Assembly (NCBI GenBank): GCA_965240335.1 | Contig: CBDEKM010000008.1 | Span: 311,072-375,071, forward strand | Source: a bacterium | GTDB lineage: Bacteria > JAAXHH01 | Length of the DNA: 64,000 nucleotides | Reading direction: 5' to 3' | Shown here: piece by piece, positions 45,327-57,300 of the stretch | How the letters are laid out: each line of letters opens with the position of its first letter | How positions within the stretch are numbered: position 1 is the stretch's first letter | Translations under genes and position numbers: made by a program | Notes under the pieces: generated by a model | Databases searched by the model: none | Told to the model about the DNA's origin: nothing | Seen by the model: the letters and a program-made list of their open reading frames with translations, nothing else

Positions 45327-48300
45327 ATGCGGTACATTTCCAGGTTCAAGAACTCTATACGTGCTTCGAGCGTTTACAGCCTGGCGTTCATGTTTGTGTT
45401 CGCCTTAGCTGCGAACCTGACGACGTACGAAGAAGCCCACGCACAGCGTTCGATTCAGCTGATTGTGGATGCGCCGGACCCTGCGGAATTGATGGAGACC
45501 GGTACTGCGACTACCGTTACGCTGTCAGCTGAGCATGTTGTAATAGATGAGGATTTAGCACTACCGACCGAAGCGATCACTATTACAGTAAAGTTACCCG
45601 TGCTCGAGGGAATGAATCCGGATTATGCCATCACAGACACTGATGGTACCGATGACGGAATGGTGGAGTTAACGCTCACTGGGGCTAGTTCCAATACGGT
45701 TAACTTCACCATAACCCCCCGTGACGATTCTGTCTTTGAAGCGGATAGGACAATTTCATTAACTGGTGAGGCCTCGGGATATGTCGTGCTTGCCGCCAAA
45801 ATCAAACTGCTGGATGACGATCATCAGCTGGAATTGTCAGTCGAACCATCTACGGTAAATGAGGATAAGGGCGAGCAGACGGTGATCGTGACCGCAAACC
45901 TCACTGAAGACGCGCCGTTAGCTACCACTGTGCCGTTGACGATATCTCCTGCGTCGACGTCGTTTTATACTCTTAGCGCTACCGCGCTGTCGATTCAGAT
46001 ATCGGCAGGTTCGAGTTCAGGTACGGCTAAGTTTAACATCACGCCTGTCGACAACGACACTTACGATGGTAACCAGAAGATCAAGGTTGATCTTAATGAT
46101 GCTCAGAGCAATCTGGCACTTAGAGAAGCGAAAGAGATCGTGCTGGCGGACGACGAAAGCCCACCCGCCTTGGATCTCTCCGTATCTCCTTCCAGTATTA
46201 AAGAGGCCAATGGCGCTCAGACAGTGACGGTGACCGCGAAGTTGACAGATGGCGTGCTGTTGTCGTCATCTACAGTGGTCACAGTCAATATCGCTGCCAA
46301 TGACGATCAGTATACTCTGAGCACCAAAGTACTTGCAATAACGATCAGGGCCAAACGTGATTCGGGGAGTGCTAGGCTTACTATTACTCCTGAGCCGGAT
46401 GGAACTTACGAAAGGCACATGGCCATTGGTCTGACCGGTAGAGCGACCATATTGGATGACGTAAACATCAGCGATACTGCGACGGTAACGTTGTTGGATG
46501 ATGATCAGGAAGTTACACTGTCGGTGTCGCCTGCGACGGTAAAAGGCGCAGCGGCGGAGGTAGTCATCACGGCCTTGTTGGATCGGCCAGCCAGGGATGC
46601 CAGTGGTTTCGACGTACCCATAACCATCGGTGAAGCAAATCCCTCCGCATATTCTTTGTCAGCTGAAACTGATGTCGGGCTATCCGGTAATGGATTGACG
46701 ATCACGGTTCCGACTGGATCCTCGATGCGATCAGTGACGGTGACTGTTACACCGGTTGATGTATATGCCGCCGGTAACGCGCAATACAATCGCGATGTAG
46801 AGATTGGCGTTGATGTCGCTGACGCTGGCCCGCTGGGGAGATCAGCCAAGATCACGCTGAAGGACTCGATCGACCGGCCGAAGCTGGAACTGGCGGTGAC
46901 GCCGGAAACTGTGATGGAAGAGCCGGCGATGGACGACGATGCCAATACTGATGGCGTTCAAACTGAATTAACCATCACGGCTACGCTGGACGGCGGGACT
47001 TTTCAAGGCGATTTTGGTGTAGTTGTAGAAATCTCCGAGGATGATGATTTCTATACCGTGTCTTCTAAAGAAGTAACCTTGACTCCCGCCGGTTCTTCGT
47101 CTGGACCATGGACGGGAACAGTGATGGTCACGCCTGATCCGGACAGCAAGTTCGAGGCGTACCAGACCATCTCCTTCTCGGCCAAAGCGACCGAAGCGAG
47201 TCCACCTGACGGAAGTGACGCGATCGAGTTAACGGCAAGCGATACGGTTCAGTTGCAGGACAACGATCATCACGTGACCTTGGCTGTAGAGCCTTCGTCA
47301 GTGACCGAAGAAGGCGGAGAACAGACGGTGATCGTGACCGCAGAACTGACCGCTCCTGCACCGATAGCGACCACAGTGCCGGTGACCTTGTCGCCCACGA
47401 CCTCATCGTTCTACAGTCTGGACGCTCATGTACTGTCAATCCAGATTGGAGCCGGTGCGAGTTCCGGTACGGCGAAGCTGAACGTCACGCCAGTCGACAA
47501 CAACACCTACAATGGTACACAGAAGATCAAGGTTGACATTGCAGACTCGAGTCCGCTGGTACTTCGCGCTACTAAAGAGATCGCGGTGACCGACGACGAG
47601 AATCTACCGGTGATGTCATTGTCGGTGGATCCGGATGAGATCACCGAGGCCGGTGGCGCGCAGACGGTGAGCGTAACGGCTAAGCTGATGGACGGCGTGA
47701 TACTGTCGACGCCCACGGTGGTGACGGTGAAGGTAGTCGACGATGACGAGCAGTATGCGCTGAGCTCGAAAGAGTTCGCGATCACGATTCCTGCCAACCA
47801 GGCAACCATGTCGGCGAACCTGCTCATTACACCTGAACCCGATGGGACCTACGAATCCCACCTGGGTATCGGTCTGTCGGCCGAAGCGACCATCAAGGAC
47901 GGCGATGATGACGTCAAGCTCAGCGCTGCCACGACGGTAACGCTGCTGGACGATGATCAGGAGGTTACGCTGTCAGTGTCGCCTGCGACGGTGAAGGGCG
48001 AAGCGACAGATGTAGTCATCACGGCCACACTGGACCGGCCAGCACGAGGCGTTAACGGTCTCACGGTTCCCGTAATGATCGCGACGGGTGGTAGCCATAG
48101 CTTGACAGATGAAGATGGAAATGCCATAGCTAATGGCCTCGTGAACATCGTGGTCCCAACGAGTGCTTCCGCACAGTCGATTACGGTTACGGTGACACCT
48201 GCCGGTGATTACGCCACCGGAACCGGCTACAATCGGGACGTGGGAATTGACGTTACGGTCACCAGTGCCAGCAACCTGCTGGGCCGGGAGGCGACGATCA

Positions 48301-51300
48301 CGTTGAAGGACTCGATCGACCTGCCGAAGTTGGAACTGGCGGTGACGCCGGAAACTGTGATGGAAGAGCCGGCGATGGACGACGATGCCAATACTGATGG
48401 CGTTCAAACTGAATTGACCATCACCGCCACACTGGAAGGCGGAACCTTTGGGACTGATTTCGAGGTAGTCGTAGAAATCTCCGAGAATGAGGATTTCTAT
48501 ACCTTATCCGCAAACGAGGTGACCTTTACGATTAGCGCGAATGGCACGTCTGGAACCGGAACGGTGAACATCACGCCTGACCCGGACAGCAAGTTCGAGG
48601 CGTACCAGACGATCTCGTTCTCGGCCAAGGCGACTGAAGATGTTACTGAAGATGCGATCGAGTTGACGGCAAGCGATACGGTTCAGTTGCAGGACAACGA
48701 TCATCACGTGACCCTGTCCGTAGAGCCTTCGTCAGTGACCGAGGATGGCGGAGAGCAGACGGTGATCGTGACTGCGGAACTGACCGCTCCTGCGCCGATA
48801 GCGACCACGGTGCCGGTGACCTTGTCGCCCACGACTTCGTCGTTCTACAGTCTGGACGCTCATGCGTTGGCGATTCAGATTGGAGCCGGTTCGAGTTCCG
48901 GTACGGCGAAGCTGAACGTCACGCCAGTCGACAACGACACCTACAATGGCACCCAGAAGATCAAGGTTGACATTGCAGACTCGAGTCCGCTGGTACTTCG
49001 CGCATCTAAAGAGATCGTGGTGACCGACGACGAGAATCTGCCGGTGATGTCTTTGTCGGTGGATCCGGAGGAGATCACCGAGGCCGATGGCGCGCAGACG
49101 GTGAGCGTGACGGCGAAGCTGATGGACGGCGTGCTGCTGTCGACGCCCACGGTTGTGACGGTGAAGGTGGCCGACGATGACGAGCAGTACGCACTGAGTT
49201 CGAAAGAGTTCGCGATCACGATTCCTGCCAACCAGGCAACCATGTCGGCGAACCTGGTCATTACACCTGAGCCCGATGGGACCTACGAATCCCACATGGG
49301 TATCGGTCTATCGGCCGAAGCGACCATCAAGGACGGCGATGATGACGTCAAGCTCAGCGCTGCCGCGACGGTAACGTTGCTGGACGATGATCAGGAGGTC
49401 ACGCTGTCGGTGACTCCAGGTACTGTGAAGGGCGACGCGACAGAGGTTATCATCACGGCCACGCTGGACCGGCCGGCTCGGGGCAACAACGGTCTCACCG
49501 TACCCGTAATGATCGGGGCTTCAGGTGACAGCGGTTATAGTTGGTCAGCTGAAGGTGTAACCAGCCCAAGTCCTGGCGATGTGGTGAACATCGTGGTCCC
49601 AACGAGTGCCTCTGAGCAATCCATGGCGGTGACGATTACTCCTACTGGTGATTACGCCACCGGAACCGGCTACAATCGGGACGTGGGAATTGACGTTACG
49701 GTCACCAGTGCCAGCAACCTGCTGGGCCGGGAGGCGACGATCACGTTGAAGGACTCGATCGACCTGCCGAAGTTGGAACTGGCGGTGACGCCGGAAACTG
49801 TGATGGAAGAGCCGGCGATGGACGACGATGCCAATACTGATGGCGTTCAAACTGAATTGACCATCACCGCCACACTGGAAGGCGGAACCTTTGGGACTGA
49901 TTTCGAGGTAGTCGTAGAAATCTCCGAGAATGAGGATTTCTATACCTTATCCGCAAACGAGGTGACCTTTACGATTAGCGCGAATGGCACGTCTGGAACC
50001 GGAACGGTGAACATCACGCCTGACCCGGACAGCAAGTTCGAGGCGTACCAGACGATCTCGTTCTCGGCCAAGGCGACTGAAGATGTTACTGAAGATGCGA
50101 TCGAGTTGACGGCAAGCGATACGGTTCAGTTGCAGGACAACGATCATCACGTGACCCTGTCCGTAGAGCCTTCGTCAGTGACCGAGGATGGCGGAGAGCA
50201 GACGGTGATCGTGACTGCGGAACTGACCGCTCCTGCGCCGATAGCGACCACGGTGCCATTGACCTTGTCGCCCACGACTTCGTCGTTCTACAGTCTGGAC
50301 GCTCATGCGCTGGCGATTCAGATTGGAGCCGGATCGAGTACCGGCACGGCGAAGCTGAACGTCACGCCGGTCGACAACGACACCTACAATGGCACCCAGA
50401 AGATCAAGGTTGACATTGCAGACTCGAGTCCGCTGGTACTTCGCGCTTCTAAAGAGATCGCGGTGACCGACGACGAGAATCTGCCTGTGATGTCTTTGTC
50501 AGTGGATCCGGAAGAGATCAACGAGGCCGATGGCGCTCAGTCGGTGAGCGTAACGGCTAAGCTGATGGACGGCGTGCTGCTGCAGACGCCCACGGTTGTG
50601 ACGGTGAAGGTGGCCGACGATGACGAGCAGTACGCACTGAGCTCGAAAGAGTTCGCGATCACGATTCCTGCCAATCAGGAATCCATGTCTGCGAACCTGG
50701 TCATTACGCCGATACCGGATGGAGCGTACGAAGCTCACATGGGTATCGGTCTGTCGGCCGAAGCAACCATCAAGGACGGCGATGATGACGTCAAGCTCAG
50801 CGCTACCGCGACGGTAAAGCTGCTGGACGATGATCAGGAGATCACGCTGGCGGTGTCGACCGCGACGGTGAAGGGCAAGGCGACGGACGTAGCCATCACG
50901 GCTATGCTGGACCGGCCGGCCCGCGGTACTAACGGTCTCACCGTACCCGTAATGATCGGTGCCGACGGCGATGATCAGTATACTTTGTCGTCTGAAGGTA
51001 CCCCCAGTCTCGCACCAGGTGGCACGGTGAACATCGTGGTCGCCACAGGTACATCCGCGAAATCGGTAACTGTAACGGTGACGCCAGCCGAGACCTATGT
51101 CGCAACTGACATGAATTACGATCGTGATGTAGGGATCGATGTTACGATCGCTGATGGCACAGCTTTGCTGGGCCGGTCGACGAAGATCACGCTGAACGAC
51201 TCGATTGATCTGCCGAAGCTGGAACTGGCGGTGACGCCGGATACTGTGATGGAAGAGCCAGCAGTGGATGCTGATAATGATGCAGCTAATGGCGTTCAAA

Positions 51301-54300
51301 CGCGGCTGACCATCATGGCCACGCTGGACGGTGGAACCTTTACGAACAATTTCGATATTGTCGTAGAAGTTTCACAGGATACTGATTTCTACAGCGTGTC
51401 CTTGGAAGAGGTAACATTAACTGGTTCTGCTAACGGACCCTGGACCGGAACGGTGGATATCACGCCTGATCCGGACAGCAAGTTCGAGGCGTACCAGACA
51501 ATATCGTTCTCTGCCGAAGCGACCGAGCAGAATCCTCCTGCGGGAAGCGATGCGATCGAGTTGACGGCAAGCGATAAAGTGCAGTTACGTGACAATGATC
51601 ATCACGTGACGCTGGCTGTAGATCCAGCTTCAGTAAATGAAGAAGACGGAGTACAAACGGTAGAGGTGACGGCGATGTTGACCGCACCTGCGCCTGTAGC
51701 TACCACGGTGCCGGTGACGTTGTCGCCTGCGACCTCGTCGTACTACAGTCTGGACGCTCATGCACTGGCAATAGAGATCGGGGCCGGTTCGAGTGAAGGC
51801 ACGAAGGAACTTAACATCACACCGGTCGACAACGACACCTACAATGGCACCCAGAAGATCAAGGTTGACATTGCAGATTCAAGTCCCCTGGTACTTCGCG
51901 GTTCGAAAGAGATCTCGGTAATTGACGACGAAAGCCTGCCGGTGCTCGCACTGACAGTGGATCCGTCCGAAGTTAACGAGGGTGGTGGCGCTCAGTCAGT
52001 AAGCGTGACTGCTGAACTGGTCGACGGTGTCGTGTTGCAGACGCCTACAATCGTAACCGTGAAGGTGGACGCCGATGACGATCAGTATGCGTTGAGTTCA
52101 AAAGAGTTTGCGATTACGATTCCAGCCAATCGGGATTCGAGATCCGCGGACTTGATTATTACTCCTAAGTCTGATGGATTGTTCGAAGCTCACATGGCAA
52201 TAGGTCTGTCGGCAGAAACAACCATCAAAGACGGCGATGATGACGTAGATCTCAGCGCTGCAGCGACGGTAACGCTGTTGGACGATGATCATGAAGTCAC
52301 GCTATCGGTTTCACCTGGTGAGGTGTCGGAAGTTGGCGGAAGCTTTCCTGTGACTGTAAAGGCAAGATTGAATAGTCCCGCAAAGAGTGACCTCACGATA
52401 CCGGTTGAGATCGAAACATATGATGAGAATGCGAATTCTCATCCTATCGGGTTTACCGTGACGGATACTGACAACACACCGAATGACGGTATGGTTGATA
52501 TTTCCATTGCCGCTGGAAAGTCAGAGGCGTCAACTACGGTGATGATCGCCGCGACATACAATGCCGATCATACCGAAAACGCTGTCATTAACGTAACAGG
52601 AGGAGATATCGCATTATCGGTTAGACCAACAACAATCTTGATCAGAGACTACGAACAGGTCTCTATACAGTTATTGGCTAGCCATCCCAGTATCACTGAA
52701 GCCGGAGGTTTACAGACTGTTGAGATCACGGCTGAAATAACACCCAATGCAATCGGTGATGATGTAGCTATCAGTCTAGCAGTCGGTGGACAGGCGACAC
52801 TGAATGAAGATTTCGGCGTTAGTGGTTTGCTGGAAATCGAAATCGGTGCCGGTAGTACCGAGGGATCGACGGAACTTACCTTCATACCGGTTGACGATTT
52901 TGTGAATGAGTTCAACGAGACGATTACGGTTTCTGGTTCAACAGTTGGCGGACATAGTGTTAGCTCGGTATCCATTGTGTTGGCTGATAACAATGAGATA
53001 CCACTGGCTAGTATCTCGGCGCCTTCAGTTGAACTTAGCGAAGCTGATGATGCCGTAACCGAGATCGCAGTAACTGCTACGCTGGCTGGAACGAGTGGTG
53101 AACCTATTAATGTAGTGCTTGATATTAATGGTTCGGCCACGGCCGGTGTTGACTATGAGGTTAGTGGAGATCTCAGGTTCTCGATAAATCCCGGAGACAG
53201 CAGTTACACGGCTAATGTCGCAATCACGGTCTTGGATGATGCGCTCTATGAGGGTAATGAGACCGTTGTGATCGAAGCCAGCGCGTCCTTGGGAGATCTT
53301 GAACTACCCAATAGATCTCAACCATTGAGATATATGATTATTGACAACGATTCGGCACCGATGATTGCCCTCTCAGTGGATGTAGAAACAATAAATGAGG
53401 GTGACGAAGCGACGGATGTGACCATCACTGCCACCGCATCCAGTGCTAGTGCCGTCAACATTCCAATCACGTTGGCCAAGCCTGGTACGGCCGTAATTGG
53501 TGAAGACTTCATGGTCTCGTCCGAACAGGAAGATTTCATCATAATCGCAGGCGAAACTACAGCAACGAAGGTAGTGACGATCACGCCGATCGATGATGAA
53601 ATCTATGAAGGTGACGAGCACTTCATGGTCAACGGTACGGTACCGGGTTCCGACGGTGAAATAGACGTCGACGGCACGATGATCACGCTGACTGACAACG
53701 ATGATGTGCCGACGGTTGCACTGACCGTGGAACCCGATATGATTGCTGAGGGTAGTGAAGTCGAATTCACGATCACGGCCACGCCGTCTCACATGAGTTC
53801 CATGCCGATTACAATCGTACTGGACAAGTCGGGTGGATCGGCTACGCTTGGCGAGGATTTCGAGATTGTAGCGGCTACCGAAGGCGAGTACGTGATCGAA
53901 GCGATGGATTCGTCCGCTACGAAGATGGTCACGCTTTCGGCTATAGCCGATATGCTCTACGAGCAGGAAGAGATCATCGTTGTGGGTGGAATGTCAATGG
54001 CAGGTGATTCGGAAGGCATAGCGGTTATGACTGACGAGATCACGCTGACCGACGGCGATCCGATGCCGATGGTCACGCTGATGGCGGACATGGAGTCGAT
54101 CAATGAGAACGGCGAGGCCGTGGACGTAACGGTTACGGCCATGCTTTCCGGTTTGAGTTCCATGCCCATCACAGTGGAACTGGCCAAGTCCGGTTCGGCC
54201 ACGAAGGGCGAGGACTACACCGTAACCGGCGAAGGTGCAATCACGGTTGCTGCCGGCGATGAAATGGGTATGACGATACTGACGATCGTTCCGGTAGATG

Positions 54301-57300
54301 ACGATGTCTACGAACGCGATGAGATGATTGTCATAGGCGGTACGGCCGGCGATGAAATAGCCCAAGCCGCGTCGATCACCTTGGTGGACGACGATCCGAT
54401 GCCGATGGTGGTACTGATGACGGACGTGGTGTCTATCACCGAGAACGGTGGAGCCCAGGAAGTGACGGTAACGGCAACGCTGTCCGGCTTGAGTTCTTTG
54501 CCCATCACGGTTGAACTGGCCAAGTCCGGTTCGGCCACGAAGGACGAGGACTACACCGTAACCGGCGAAGGTTCCATCACGGTTGCTGCCGGCGATGAAA
54601 TGGGTATGACGATACTGACGATCGCCCCGGTAGATGATGATGTCTACGAACGCGATGAGATGATTGTCATAGGCGGTACGGCCGGCGATGAAATAGCCCA
54701 GGCCGCGTCGATCACCCTGGTAGACGACGAAACGAAGCCGATAGTGGAACTGATGACGGACGTGGTGTCTATCACCGAAGACAGTGGAGCCCAGGAAGTG
54801 ACGGTAACGGCAACGCTGTCCGGCTTGAGTTCTATGCCCATCACGGTTGAACTGGCCAAGTCCGGTTCGGCCACGAAGGGCGAGGACTACACCGTGACCG
54901 GCGAAGGTTCAATCACGGTTGCTGCCGGCGAAGAAATGGGTATGACAATTCTGACGATCGCCCCGGTAGATGATGTTGTCTACGAACGCGATGAGATGAT
55001 TGTCATAGGCGGTACGGCGGCCGGTGACGAAGTGGCTACGACAGCATCGATCACGCTGGTCGACGACGAAACCATGCCTACGATTGCCCTTTCAGTAGAC
55101 ACTGATTCCGTGATGGAGGATGGCGGCGATCAGGAGGTCGTGGTTACCGCGACGGCATCCGGCTTGAGTTCCATGCCCATCGATGTTGTACTGGCGAAGT
55201 CCGGTACGGCCATTAAGGGCGAGGATTACACTGTGACCGGCGATGGTACGATCACGGTCGCGGCTCTTGCGATCGACGGCGTTACGACGCTGACAATCAC
55301 ACCTGTAGACGACGACGTCTATGAGAATGATGAGACGATCGTGGTTGGCGGTGAAGGTGTGTTGGAATCGGCAACGGTGACGCTGGTTGATGACGAAACC
55401 ATGCCTATGTTCACGCTGATGGCGGATCCGTCGGCGGTCATGGAGAATGCCGGTCCTACGCCTGTCGTAGTGACGGCGACCGCTTCGGGACTTAGTTCGA
55501 TGCCCATGACCCTGACGCTCCTTCCGTTACCGGATCAAGGCACCATTACGATTGGTGAAGACGCGGGCGTGACGGGTGATCTGTTCATCACAGTTGTCCC
55601 CGGTGCGCTGGAAGGCAGCACGACACTGACGGCATTGGTTATTGACGACGATATCTACGAGGGCGACGAGTACGTTGTGATCGTTGGAAATATAGGTGAT
55701 ATGGTCACGCCATCCATTACACTGACCATCATCGATGACGAAATGCAGCCGACGGTCACGCTGTCGCTGGATCCCGAGGCCGTGGAAGAAGGTGGCGGAG
55801 CGCAGCCCTTCACCGTATCGGGTGAAGCTTCCGGCAGAAGTTCAATGGACATGACAGTCATGCTCGGTCCGTTGCCGACGAGTACGGTAACGCTGGGTGA
55901 AGACGGCATAGTCGATGGAACCATGTCGTTCGTCATATCCGCGCTGGAGACCGAAGGCAGCACGACGCTGACGGCCGTGCCAGCGGATGACGATCTCTAC
56001 GAGACGACGGAGTACCTGGTCGTCGGCGGTAGTGTGAACGGTGTACCTACTGCCAACGCGGTGACGCTGGCGATCATGGACAACGACTCGCCGGACGTAG
56101 CGTTGAGCGTGAGTCCGACAGCTATTCGTGAAGACGGCGGCGCCCAGACGGTCACCGTGGAAGTGGTGATGTCAGGTATACCAGTACCCGTACCGACAGA
56201 TATTTCGCTGGCCCTGTCGGGTACGGCCGGTAACGCCGATTACACCATGTCCGGTACGCCGACTCTGCAGATTGCCGCCGGTGAAACGACAGCGTCGACG
56301 CAGTTGACTTTCGCGGTTGTTCCCGACGATATCTACGAGCCAAGTAACGAGACCATCGTACTAACGGCGAATTGGAACGCCACGAATATCGGTTCAGCTA
56401 CAATTAACGTGATCGACGATTACGCTCCGCCTTCGGTAATTAGCGCGCTTCCCGCGATATCATTGGAAGCCGGTGATTCGAGGCAAATGGATGTGGCTGG
56501 TACTTTCAGCGGCCGGGTTCTGGTGTTCGCGGCAACATCTTCGGATGTCGGCATAGCCACTGCAACGCTTTCTGGATCGGCACTGACGATCGAGGGAGTG
56601 CGCAAGGGTGCGGCGCGGGTCACGGTCACGGCGACTAATGACGCGTCGTCCGCGAGTTACGATATAGATGTAACCGTCACGGCAATTGCTGCAGAGCGGG
56701 AAGTCTATACCGACATCCTGGCGGCTATGGCACGGAGCATCATGTCGAGCGTCTCGCAGACGATCGGCGGTCGGTTCTCCGTTGGCGCAGCGGAACGTCA
56801 GATCGCGCTGGCCAACAGGCGTGTGGACGGAATGGCGGCCGGTTTGGAAGCCATGATCAGCCTGTCCGGTGCTCAGTCGACAAGAAAGTACGGTATCACA
56901 GATGATACCACGAATCGGCTTAGCAGGCAGCCGGTCTCCACCCGTGAACTGATGCGCGGTACGTCCTTCTACTACGCCCTCGACGATGCACCTCAGGGCG
57001 GTACGAACGGCGGATTGAGCTTCACGATCTGGGGAGCTGGTGACTGGAATGCCTTCGAAGGTGCGCATGATGTGGGCACCAGTTACGACGGAACGGTGAC
57101 CTCCGGCTATCTCGGTATCGATGTATCGAAGACCGCCAGCTGGATCGCCGGTGTGGCTGTCGGACGTACCATGGGTACTTCGGACTACGATGTAACCGTC
57201 ACTGACGGAACGTTGGAAGCCACCCTGAACAGTGTGTATCCTTACGTACACTGGACGGGTCCCGGTTGCTGCATCGAAATCTGGGCTATCGGTGGTTTCG

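Noticed and set aside
46491-56100. Highly regular repeats that could be a CRISPR array or tandem duplicated genes.
   Set aside because: The repeat periods (1443 and 330 bp) are multiples of 3 and lie inside one continuous 12.8-kb reading frame encoding Calx-beta domains. There is no short repeat/spacer structure and there are no cas genes.
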